Notes under the pieces: generated by a model
Told to the model about the DNA's origin: nothing
Database searches by the model: none
The model's input: only the letters and a program-made list of their open reading frames with translations
Made by a program: the position numbers and the translations under genes
Assembly: GCF_002113885.1 (NCBI RefSeq)
Contig: NW_018408321.1
Location: 212,471-276,470 of the forward strand
Direction of reading: 5' to 3'
From: Mizuhopecten yessoensis
Taxonomy: Eukaryota
Length of the DNA stretch: 64,000 bases
Shown here: positions 1 through 12,300 of the stretch, piece by piece
How positions within the stretch are numbered: position 1 is the first letter of the stretch
Layout: each line of letters starts with the position of its first letter

Positions 1-3000
1 ATTGAGTTGACTCTGGCGAAGTCCTCCATTCTCTGTACATACAGACAGACCAAGGCCATTTTAGACATGTCCCAGTCCTTACCCACACCGGACACCGCAG
101 CTAGCAAAGACATGCAATACTATATAACAGATAATCATACAAGTAATCATACAGGTAATCATACAGGTAATCATACAGGTACTCACATACAGGTACTCAC
201 ATACAGGTACTCACATACAGGCTATCATATATAGGTATGTGTGATCACACACAGTTAATCAGGCACATGTAATAAATTAAGTCTAATTATACACTTGTAA
301 TCATACTCCGGTGATAACATACAGGTACATGAAATTGCAATGATAAGCACATTTAATGCTGTGCAGTACTTATACTTGTGGGTCAAAACTTTTGCTGTTT
401 TGCAGTACTTTGACAAACCTTGTGTTGTTGATGTGTGCTTAACCGTTTTTGTTTTGTTTACATGTTTGCAAATAATTTATGGTTGTTTTGTACTTGATAT
501 AGTGTAAAGTACAAATGGGTAAATGTTACAATTAAGAGAGGACTGAGGTTGTAAAGCTGACCTTTGACCTGGTCCATTGCTGCCTTGGTGGCCTCCTGTA
601 TGTCTGTGTTGTCCCTAGCAACCACACCTGTCACCCATAGATTTTCACCAGCAGTTTTAATACACATTTTAAACTCATCTGGAATATATAAGATAACATA
701 TTTTTATATATTTTTCTGTCCTTTTTGGGGCATTTTTTAAATATTAAATAAAATGGTTTTAAACTTTTGAAATGATTAAATGGATTCATTGTTATTTTTC
801 TTTTTCTTTTCATAAAAATATTTTAAACTGTTTTCATTTGAAAATTCACTGAATTCAACTGGATCCAATAGAATATTAATCTGAATCTGCTGAATGTACT
901 TGTGTTGATCAAGTGGAAGCGGATGTATTTAAAGGTTATTTGACTTGTACAGTGTCAAAAGTGAGACATGTCAGATTTATACAGTATCATATGGAGACAA
1001 AGGTTACTTCAACTCACAATATTGTTCATATTAAAAGTTAATGGTGATTTACATGTCAAATTTCTTCATTTTGTTATATGTTAATGTATAACCTTAAATT
1101 TATATAAAAAATGTTTTAACTACCGGTGTACAAAACATGACTGATTTCCTCACCAGGTAAGATGTCGTTATTACTGACGTGAGTGTTGAGCCCTTCGTCC
1201 ATGTCACCCGACACATCCCCACACATGTCAACCTCCCCGTCACGAAGCAGGTCATGGTACACATCCCTACTTCTCCTCATTTCCAAACCTTGCACCCTCT
1301 GATGCTGGCTCATTTCAACATCCTGAGTGGCAATGCCTTCTTTTGTAAAACTTATATACAATACTACAGCTACATTGTATCAAATTTGCTTTGAATACAG
1401 TTGAAATATGGATAAAAAAGGTCTTAATCATTTAATTGGCTTATTTTTTTCGAAGTCTATGATCTAAACACATTTACTTACTTCTTCATTTTGAAGACTT
1501 CACTTAATTCCTCAAGCTTAAACTCACTCAAATTTATATTAATCAGAATATATTCATAGATAAAAGGGAACTAACTCCAATATTTTCTGGATATATTTCC
1601 TGACACATCCGTCAATAACCTCAATGTGTTTCTAAAATTGTGAGTACTGACTGTCTGTTTGTCCTCCAGGTGTGCTGTCCTCAGATTCAGATACCCCACA
1701 GGTGAAAATGCATCGTCAGAGTGGATCACCATTTCTGGGTTGTCCCTGTGATCGTAACATGCATCTGTATTTATTTTTCCAATGTACTTACTTTATTAGA
1801 AGCTACAAATGTTAAATTACATTCATAGTACTCAAAATACAAGGGGATATGATTTCCAGTGATTGTGATGTATTAACATTGTGAAGTCATAAGTGACAAA
1901 TAATCACTGGCCATTATCAGCAGGGTCTCTCCTTTTTATTGAATGAGCATGCAAAATATCATGACCTTGTTTCAATATAGAATCAATTTCTTACGACTTA
2001 ATTTTTTTCAACATTTGGATGATCCTGCAAATAAAAATATAAAATTTAAGTGCTTTAGAACCTCATGATGATATAAAGATATCTGGAATAAACAATTCAA
2101 ACTTACAACACAATCCTCTTTTTAAACAGTGGACAGTCCAGCGTGAAGGTTTCATACTCCCCTCCCTCACCACAAACATTCAGCTTAAACTTGGTGTGCT
2201 ACAAACCCAATAGACATAAGTTTTATGATCAGTAGTTTTACAACAAGCTTTATTATAATGTTAATATCCAAGATAATAAAAGTACAAACAACAGATAAAC
2301 ACATGTCATTAGTTAAGACTGTTTACAATATGAATATTTATTGATTTTTGTTTTATAACAATCATAAAATAACATGATTTGTTTAAGATGAAAATAAATC
2401 ATTGAAAGATTATTGAAATTAATAAAATAATTAATTAATAAAATTAATTGTCTTTTGCTTCATTCATGTCTCTTCGAAGTTCCCCTAAATAATTGAGAAA
2501 ATTTGAATAATCTTTAACTGGAACAAGGAGTTGAGCTTGAGCACAGAATCTGAGTTTTGAGCACGAGAACGGTTTTATTCTCTTGATGAGTAAGCAGGTT
2601 TTATTTGTTGCAAATTAAAGACATAACAAAACAGGAAATGTTTTTTACCATTCTAAGTAATTCAGGCTGCATCTCTGCTAAAGTTTTTCCTAAGTGTTTC
2701 TGGGGATCCAAACCTACACCAAACACAAATAAAGTACAATATTAAATTATCAATCACCTGGAATTCATCAAACAGCAATAAACATCCAGACAAGAAGTTT
2801 TTGATACATAGACAGCACAGTACATAACTGAAACCAGTGTATACACGATCAAACTATGTTGATATGAGACCAGCCTTGGAAAGTTCAAAAAGTGGTCTCT
2901 TAACACAGGTGGTCTCTTAAGACAAGTTCAAATCATATTAAAGTAATAACAATGGGGAACATTAAAAGTGGCCTCTTAGCACAGGTGGTCTCTTTAAGAC

Positions 3001-6000
3001 AAGTTCAAATCATATCGTATAATAATAATAATGGGGAACATTAAAAGTGGCCTCTTAGCACAGGTAGACCGGTCTCCTAATAGAGGTGGTTTGCATGAAC
3101 AGGTTTTACTTTAGTGACATTTTGCTATAGTGTCTGACTAAACTGTCAACAACAAACAGCTACAATAAGAAGCAGTCCCTACCCAGAGATGCAACTTTGA
3201 TAAGGACAGCTGTTACTCCACACCCAATCATCTCACTGAGGAGCTCTGCTTGGTCCCGTCGCCATAGATATGACAATGATGTAAGACCCAGTCTCTGACA
3301 TCTGGATATTCAATAGAAAATTAAAAAAAAAAAATGAAATAAATGTTCCTCCAATTATTAAAATTAAACAAAGTATAAACAATTTCATTCACTGTATGAA
3401 ATTGATACAGGGAATGGCAACAATGTAAGACGTTATGTTTATTAATTGTACTTACACATTCTCCACACGAACTCTCTGGTAGTTTGACAATATTGCACCC
3501 ACTGATACAGCCTCAACTTCAATCTCTTTCTGTATTAAAGATTTAAAAATCACACACCAGATAGCCACATATGAAATATTACATTTAATGATAATTCTAT
3601 GATAGTAATTGAGCATGTTGTTCCCTAATTGCCTTCCAAACACTTGTCCAGTATTGTACAACTGCCAGTTACACTAAACTGTAGACAGATGTACATGTGT
3701 GTTGTTTTAGATATATATAATATATTACCGTTTATGAGATGAGCTATAGTGACCAAGTAGAATTAAAATATCTATTTTCCTTTTATTTCAAATTTGAATT
3801 TATTCTACGAAAAATATCTTCCTAATAATTTGATGTATTTTCCAACAATTAAATTCCAATAACTGAATGCCTTGTCAGACATGTACCTGAACTTTCTGTA
3901 GTAATATAAACAGGTCCTCAACCTCATCTTGAGGGGTGGGGACATAGTCACTCCCGGTCTCCTTGGCCACCCCCTGGATAATGTGTCGAAACAGAGGCAG
4001 GCCCATGGCTTCAGCATACAGATCTACAGCATGGTGGCCCACAGTCTGATACATGTAGCTGTCCATCTCATCTGAGAAACAACTTTGTCACTACTTACTG
4101 GTTTCAATGTTTTTTGCATTATAACAAAACTTATCCCTGTGTGTTATATTGAATTCTGTTTGTTGCTGATGTTGTTGTAGGCTGTATTGAATCTGGTTGA
4201 CATTAACTGTGATATCTCAGTAACTGATGCTTGAATTGCATACTCTTACATTTCACTTTAACATAACAAAACATTTTTGGTGAAAAGGTACCATCCTGTA
4301 TGCTAAATAAATAAAATAAATAAATAAATATACAGCATTTGATATAGCGCCTCATCTAGCTAACATAAGCAACTCTAAAGCGTTTTACAGTACATAGATA
4401 TACAATTAATACAATTAGCATATACATTAATCAATACAATTTTGAGGAATTCGCAGGAGCTGCCTTATCAGTCGCTAACTAATAGTCCTATGCCACCTGG
4501 CAAATATCTCCCTATGTGTGTATGCCTGTGTGTGTGCTGGAGATGCTAAACCACTTTTTATTTTTGTTTCATTAGCTAACATTATATATTTGCTATTGTA
4601 AACCACTGAAAATACTGTATGACTTAAAAAGACACCCAGTATTCTCTACCAATTTTCTATCAAAATAATCAACCTATTTTTCATGATTATAACAGCACTA
4701 GAAAGTGAGCTATTTTTAGATAGCACTTATTATTTTGATAAAAATAATTATTTTTGTGCAATTTTTGTTACACAAAAATGCTGAAAATCGCTAAAATTAA
4801 CCAAATGGCTGAAATTTGTTATCACTGTTTTTTTTAAAATAGTACATGTACACCTTAATTATTTAAGGCCTAGCAAAAACAGATATGAAATAAATATGAA
4901 TAAATTTAGTAAGTTAATGCGGTTATAAATAAAAAAAAAACAACGTTGTTATGTATAATCACATAAACATGAATAAACAAATATATTCCATTTCTAATGT
5001 TGCTATAGTCCCTATGCTTATGGCAGAAAGAATGTATCCATGCATACCCTTATCAGCTGGCATGAGGTTTGCTAGTGCTACTATCTCGTGTCCCTCTGCT
5101 ACACACTGGATCATGTTATAGCAACTGTCCTTGCCGCCACTACAGATAATGACAAAAGTAGCACAAATTATTTAATCATCTGATAAAACATAACACATAA
5201 GATAGATAAGATAAATTTTATTTAGAGTCGGTGGGTATATAACAAAATAACATAAGCTCTGAAGAGCTATTGACTGACATATACATATACACATACAGAT
5301 ACATGGTACATAAAATGCAATACATTAAGACATCAATTACTTATATCACACACATATTGTTCATATATTACTTTGATAATAGGTATAGTGTTTCACAACA
5401 CTCAAAGTCCATATACCATATATCAATAAGTTTAATTAAATTAAATTAAATTAAAACAAGGCTTTGAAATTAAAAGTTTTCAATTGAGACACTGTAGGCT
5501 GGATAAAGAGAAGATGAGGTTAGAGTAAGGTGAGTGATTTATTATTTGCAGGCTGCACATTTACATTTGGTTTCACTCCAGGAGGATATTAAAGATTTAA
5601 AATGGCCGTAATTTGTTGTGGTCCTAAAGTTTCCAGGAAGATTATTCCAAAGACAGGCTGCTGCATATTTGAAGGATTTTATACTGTATGTAGTAGTCTT
5701 AACATGTGGGATGTCCAAAATGATTGTATATCTGAAGCTGTTATTTTGAGACTAGGGTGTGACAATGTTGTGAAGACATGGCGGTGTGGTTTTGTGTATG
5801 ATTTTGTAGGTTTCTATAGCCATTTGCCTCATTCTTCTAATTTTCAAAGTAGGTATCTTTGCCCGGGCCAAAAGATCATCGTAGTTGCTTGAAAAGTCAT
5901 CATAAATAAATCTGAGTGCCCTATACTGAATATTCTCATTTTTTTTAACATTTGTTTCCGACCAGAAGTGCCAGGAGAGAGGGCAAAAATTAAAGTGTGA

Positions 6001-6876
6001 TAGTATGAAGGTGTGGAAAATTGTGAGTTTATTTAGTCTGCTCAGGTGTTTTCTAATTCTGTAGAGTACATTTAGTTGTTTTGAGGCTTTTCTATGTATG
6101 GTTTTGATGTGGAGATGGAAAGAGAGCTTAAAGTCAATGTCAACACCTAGTAGTTTTACACTTTCTTCACATGGGATCGAAATATCATCTATTTGAAAGA
6201 CCTGTAAAAGTTGACCTAATTTAAAACACATGCGATGTACATGGTACTAATTGTAAAAAGAGGCCCGGAATTTGGACCTGTTGGTAATGTTATGGTTGTT
6301 CAGTGATGTTTTGAGGCTGTTTAGGTTCATTGCTTCTGGTAGACTGTTCCATGTTGTTATTGTTCTATTGCCAAAATGCCTACAGGTGTGCTGTGATACA
6401 TATCAGTATAGCATAGATGTATTTTAGACATTTGTAATGATGTTTTAATGAACCCCTATGGTCAAGAGATTACAAAGGCTCGTGATAGCTATGAAAACAT
6501 ATTCTGTGCACTTATGCAGTCAAAGACTTACCCAAAATATACAATTACAGTATCTTAAATACATCACAAACATATAAGATATTTGAATATATGATACACA
6601 GTGTATAATGAAATATAATTTGTTCAACGTGGACGTGTTTGTATTATATGATTTATCAACATGTCCCGTTTGGCTCTTGATCAGACGAATAAGCATAAGA
6701 GAATCCTGAACCTTGAATCAATGATAACTGCCGTTATATAGTTCTGTTTTATTGTCTGACATGAATGATAACTGCTGTTATATAGTTCTATACAGAAATG
6801 TTATGCTTGTTCTACATATATCTTTAAGTATAGCTCCATCTGCTTTTATTTACCTGATCAATGCGACGGTTTTCAT
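1..6876 (-). CDS. DPH6: Diphthine--ammonia ligase (DPH6/ATPBD4), long form with C-terminal RidA/YjgF-like domain; multi-exon, 3' end beyond the left edge
   Basis: Coding exons (-): 6876-6854, 5139-5048, 4071-3887, 3529-3456, 3301-3183, 2713-2649, 2198-2107, 1745-1652, 1322-1154, 678-562, 100-<1. All GT-AG with consistent phases. Translation MKTVALISGGKDSCYNMIQCV...DEMDSYMYQTVGHHAVDLYAEAM...VGAILSNYQRVRVENVC...NVCGEGGEYETFTLDCPLFKK carries the DPH6 motifs (SGGKDS PP-loop, CGEGGEYETF). An alternative in-frame ATG lies at 6882. Confidence 0.95.
125..330. repeat. 12-bp minisatellite (CATACAGGTAAT/CATACAGGTACT) in a DPH6 intron
   Basis: About 8 good copies at 133-235, degenerate copies to about 330; produces the spurious ORF 7..234. 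Confidence 0.85.
2843..3110. mobile_element. Degenerate MITE-like element with internal duplication (pogo/Tc1-like end)
   Basis: Repeated GGTGGTCTCTTAA motifs, an internal duplication of about 80 bp, and a terminus AACAGGTTTTACT resembling CAGTAAAACCTG-type TIRs. Confidence 0.55.
4305..4550 (-). mobile_element. SINE remnant with L2-type 3' tail
   Basis: Minus strand reads ...GGCAGCTCCTGCGAATTCC...TGTAAAACGCTTTAGAG...GGCGCTATATCAAATGC followed by a (TATT)n tail, typical of L2-mobilised SINE tails. Confidence 0.6.
5195..6231 (-). mobile_element. 5'-truncated non-LTR retrotransposon (CR1/L2-group) ORF2 3' end in DPH6 intron 1
   Basis: ORF 5752..6231 (VKLLGVDIDFKLSF..HI...FILSHFNFCPLSW) continues past an in-frame TAG into ...KSFKYAAACLWNNLP...KCKCAACK* ending near 5543. 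A 3' UTR follows, ending in a (TCTTA)-type microsatellite near 5200. Confidence 0.9.
6255..6385 (-). mobile_element. Second LINE (CR1-like) ORF2 C-terminal fragment
   Basis: Minus strand translates RHFGNRTITTWNSLPEAMNLNSLKTSLN, matching the F.NR....WNSLP....S..SFK C-terminal LINE motif. Confidence 0.7.
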
Positions 6877-6889
6877 TTTCATTTTTGTA

Positions 6890-7310
6890 AATCTTGAATA
6901 GAAACACTTGTTTACATTTTGCACAGTACACACGTGTTTACACCGGAACTGAAATATTTTGCGCATGCGTAAATTCCTTACACGTCAAATCTGAGTCTAA
7001 GTTAATAGAATGTTTTGCACTAGAAGATTGTAATATGGAATCATTCAAACGCATTTTCTACACAGGACATGATATTTTGCAAGGGAAGTTGTCTGCAAAA
7101 CTTCGGTAAGAAATCTAAATTTTTGCACAAAAGACAAGGTCATAAATAATGGATTTCACGTAACATTGGTGCTTCCAAATATAAGAAAATACATTATTTC
7201 TCGAGGGACAACGATTTGCTGTATAAGAGGACAAATTTTGGCTTTATCGAATGTCAACATTGACACTCGTTAACCTGTTGACTGCTTTGCGTTGCCATTT
7301 TCAGTTTGTC
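6890..7310. promoter_or_regulatory. Bidirectional housekeeping promoter shared by DPH6 and GOLGA5
   Basis: ETS/GABP-like ACCGGAACT at 6942-6950, NRF1-like TGCGCATGCGTA at 6960-6971, CRE-like ACGTCA near 6982 and YY1-like GCCATTTT near 7294. Locally CpG-rich. Candidate 5'UTR donor CG|GTAAGA at 7105/7106. Confidence 0.65.
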
Positions 7311-7682
7311 AAAGCAAATAACACAGGCTCTTGCAGTTAAATTAAAATGACGTGTTTCTAATATTTGATTATATAAGATGACATACTTCTAATTGTTGTT
7401 TATAAAATGATATGTGGTGACAATATTTTACAGTTTTAGACAAATAAATATCGAAAGAACAAATGTTTCATACATAACCCCATCTATAACTATAATATTA
7501 TCATAGCACCTGTGGCCAAGATTTTTTTTATTAAGAGCTGAACCTACACGCGTTGTACCCTAGTAACACTTTTTATCGTAATTGTATCTGCATTTCGATC
7601 ATCTCAGCACTTTTTGCACTAATTGTCATAGAAGGTAGTGGAGTTTTTAATATTAATTAATGATAAATCACGATGTCAGCCT

Positions 7683-8053
7683 TTAAAGGGATAAGCTGGA
7701 ACTGGTTGGAAACTTTCCTAGACCTTGGTTACATTTGCGTAGCCTGGTTGAAAAGGTTCGTGTGGCGCAGAAATATTCCAGGATAAACGAACACACTTCG
7801 ACCATTCTATAAGCAGAGCTAAAAATGCACAGTTTTGGAGAATAAAAAAACAATGAATCAAGAATATTATGCCCTTCTTTCAGGCAAACTAGCAATAGCC
7901 TGCATTATAGTTTTGGTCAGGTACGTCTGAACCCCTCAATCTACGTGCCATTTTCCTAAGGTCAGCCTTGGTCCAGATCTGTGCCTGTCGTTTTTTTTAC
8001 AGGTTGAACCGTTTCAACCGGATACGCGATTGTACTCCAGCTTACATTTGTAA
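7683..8053. mobile_element. Possible non-autonomous DNA transposon (TTAA-flanked, Kolobok/piggyBac-like)
   Basis: Starts TTAAAGGGATAAGCTGGA and ends TCCAGCTTACATTTGTAA (partial inverted repeat); CpG-richer interior. Confidence 0.4.
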
Positions 8054-9394
8054 GATTCCTTTATATACTATGGTTGAAAATGCTTAATCTGTACCTATAC
8101 ATCAAAGTAAAAATTTTGATTTCACTTTAATCGCATTTTAATTTTTATTGGAATCGCAATAATTAAGGCATGTTATAAACATCTTTGGTTGAACAGATCT
8201 TCTTTTGGGATGTATTTCACAACAATTGAAGTCTTTGAACTTTAGACATATATATATACACAAATCAACAAAAACACAAAACAATGTTTTACAAACCAAA
8301 AGTTGTTTCTAATTTACAATAGATAAAGCTGTTTCCAATGATTTATAAAAAGTTGTTAGAGATCCCTACCTGAATAATGCAATCATAGAAAAACATCCTA
8401 AAGTATGTCTACTTTGAAAATAGATATTTCCATTAATTACATTTTACAGTTGATCAGACTTTATAAAAAATACACTCACTCTCGTAGGGATATATATACC
8501 AGTATATAAATTTAAGAAAAGAGATGTAAACACATGTTAAGATATATACATATATTGCTTGCTGAATGGTTTTTTTTCTGATCCAATTATGCTGTTTATC
8601 CAGGTAGATATGATCTAATAGCTAGCAGATCAGCACTTTCAGAAGTTTCTTGAAACTCACAAGCCATCCTTGCTGCACTTGCTATAGACAACCATCTTGT
8701 CATTTGAGCTAGCACTTCGTTGTCAGTGATCTCTAGATATATGATAGCTGTCAAGTCGGAGAAAAAAATCATTTGCTGGTTTTGATTGAATACATGTATA
8801 AAGAGAAGTCAAAAGTCTAAAAGGATGGTCAGCCCAAATTTGTATGTTGGTAAGGGTGTAATTATTTATTGGACAACATGATATCATTAACGATAATATG
8901 TTTGTCTTTTCATTTTCTTATGGAATTGCATTTTGCCAATTAGTTACTGAAAGAATATTCAACAAATTACAAATTTCATACTAAACTTATCTATATTTTA
9001 AATGTCATATTAGATTTTACTATAAAATTTGAAAATATATTGATCTATTTATAATCTTAAGTACATTTTGCTTTAAACATAACAATTTTACTGGTCATAG
9101 AATATGATTTGTTTTAAAGAAGTACATTTTTGTGTTTGTGTTTCCAGGAGGCAACATGGCAAACTAAGTAAATTCATGCAAATTTTGTGAATATATGCAT
9201 TGACCTGTTTCATGCAAGAGTTAGTTACATGGCGTCTGACTAACCTGACAAATTTGATGCTGGAAACAATGAAAATGAAATTATTCATTAAGTTTGTTTT
9301 CATAACTTCTTCCTAGCTTAATTATTGATAGCCGTAATTTCTTGATGAAAACTAAAATCTATTTTTTTCAACATTTCAGACATTAGTATGCAAG

Positions 9395-12300
9395 ATGTCA
9401 TGGTTGTCAGGACTGACAGGAAATGTTGAAGAACTTCTCAACAAGATCGACCAATCTGCAGCTGGGGCCTTAAAGAATGAGAATGAGACAGGTTATGCAT
9501 CAGGAAATGTTGCCGGTAGTAAGCAGAGTGACCACACAGCTGATGCTGCTTCCTCAAGACAATATGTTCAAAACCCTTCACCTATAGGTGGTCAAGGAAC
9601 AGACAAATCCTCTCCATATGTGACTAAACCAATTCGACATACACTTACAGGATTATCAAAATCACCCAGTACCCCACTTCAAGCAAATATAAAACAGGTT
9701 AGCTCTCCTAGCCCCGTCCAGAAACCACAGACTGGTGCTGTTTCCTCTGTATCAAGTCCACAGCAACCAACAGTAGCCACATCAGGGGGCAAGAAAAAGA
9801 TTGATTCAGATGAAGCTTTGTTTGACTTTTTAAATAGCAGTGATCCCGTGGAAGCGACTAGAAAGAAAAGTATAACCCCTATCAGTAGTGCTCGACATTC
9901 ACGACAGTCAAGCACATCCTCTACCATATCAAGTAAGGGGACCAAGAGCACAGATGCCCCTCCCTCCACAAGTGGGTCATCTATAGTGCATATAGATTCA
10001 GCTGGACCAGGTTGGTGAATGTTTTAATATCAGAATTATTCTTTTAAAATTGTGATGTGTATACTTTCTATGTATTGTACATAATTGGTATCATGTATAA
10101 TGGTATATAGCTAAACTAAATTGTTTACAATTATAGTCATTAATAATGTTTTGAAATATGAAGATATTAAAGCAGGTACGATGGTACTTTTTATACTGTT
10201 TTATTTATTGTAGGAAGTGAACGAGAGAGTCCAAACTCGGAGCCTGATGGGCTGGCTGATGTTGCAGCACTGGCTGATGCTATGCTAGAACAGAGTCCTA
10301 GCAATAGCGTACATAGTAACCAAGGTTCAGAAACAGCTGGAGAGGCCCATCAGAAAATGTCCTCACTGGAACTGGAGAACAAGCTTCTAAAAAATGAAGT
10401 TGCTTCTCTCAATCAAGAGATGTCTTCTATCATACAGCGGTCCAGGGACTCTGTTTCTGGTACTGAATTTTGTAATTTCTCCAAAATAATGTCAGGGCAA
10501 AATAGTGATTCTTCAACTTGCCTTTTGGCACTGCATTAATAATGCTGTGTTAGATTTTACAAACATGCTTGTATTGTAAAAATCAAATAATTAACAAACA
10601 TGCTTTTATTATAAAAATCAAATAATTAACAAACATGCTTGTATTGTAAAAATCAAATAATTTACAAACATGCTTGTAAACGTAAAAAACGAAATAATAA
10701 TTAACAAACATGCTTGCATTGTAAAAATCAAATAATTTATAACATGTTTTTCAAGGTTTATATGATAATCAACCATAATGTTATACTGGCCAAATTCTGG
10801 TTGTGAAATACAATGGACATGTATCATTACTGTCTAACGTGTTTATAAAATACATAATTATATGTAATTTTTAACAGAATTGGAGAAAACCAAACAGAAG
10901 CTGGACTCCTACCATCGGTCAGCCTCTATGCATGACCAACTGGTACGTGAGTTGCAGTCACGGGAATCAGATCTGACAGAGGCTCTGGGGGCCAAGGATT
11001 CCCAACTGGCCGTTCTTAGAGTGAGGCTGGAGGAAGCAGATAAAGAGCTGACGAGGAAAGCTTCGACAGTACAAAATCTTGAATCACACAGGAACAGGTA
11101 AGCTTCCTCTGGGTACTGTTACAGGATGTCAATCACACAGTAACAGGTAAGCTCCCTCTGGGTACTGTTATAGGATGTCAATCACACAGGAACAGGTAAG
11201 CTCCTTCTATGTACTGTTTAAGAATGTCAGTGACACAAAGACAGGTAAACTCCCTCTGGGTACTGTTACAGGGTGTCAATCACACAGGAACAGGTAAGCT
11301 CCCTCTGGGTACTGTAACAGTATGTTAATTACACACAGGCAGGTAAACTCTTTCCTGGTACTGTTACAGGGTGTCAATCACACAGAAACAGGTAAGCTCC
11401 CTCTGGGTACTGTAACAGTATGTTAATCACACACAGACAGGTAAGTTCCCTTTGGGTACTGTTACAGGGTGTCAATCACACAGGAACAGGTAAGCTCCCT
11501 CTGGGTACTGTTACAGGGTAATAAACACACACAGGAACAGGTAAGCTCCCTCTGGGTACTGTTACAGGATGTGAATAACACATGGATTTGTAAGTGACTT
11601 GCCTGTATAGTTTAGTATCTCAAAAAGCACACAGACAGGTAAGTGCCTTTTCTGGATATTACAGGATCTACAATCACACATCAACAGGTAAGGACATTGT
11701 CACGTGAACTTTGCTATATTTGTCAGAAAATTGCCACAACCCTCAACGCCATGAAATCAGACAAAAGGATGGACTTCAGACATTTGTTTATATGTAGAAC
11801 CAGCTGGAGGGCATATAATCTGTTATTTTATTTGAAATATATATCTTTAAGTGTGATAATACTTTTAATGCTCATGTATTATACATAACTACAGGATTCT
11901 TCAGGACCACACCGATTCCAGTGGTATGCACAGCCAGGCTCTTGACACTCTCAAGGCCAAACTAGTGGAAGTTGAAGCTGCACTCAAGAGGGAACAGGAG
12001 GCATACAAACAGGCCCAGGTCTCTTATGTCATAGTAACAATCTGATTGTCCTAGTAATCAACTAAATGTCATAGTAGTCAACTTAATGTCATAGTAATCA
12101 TCTTAATGTCATAGTAACAAACTGATTGTCCTAGTAATCATCTTAATGTCTTAGTTAGTAACAAACTGATTGTCCTAGTAACAAACTGATTGTCCTAGTA
12201 ATCATCCTAATGTCATAGTAACAAACTGATTGTCCTCGTAATCATCTTAATGTCATAGTAACAAACTGACTGTCCTAGTAATCATCTTAATGTCATAGTA

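Noticed and set aside
8604-8849. Possible GOLGA5 5'UTR exon (CAG...TTG|GTAAGG)
   Set aside because: Plausible splice signals only; cannot be supported without transcripts.
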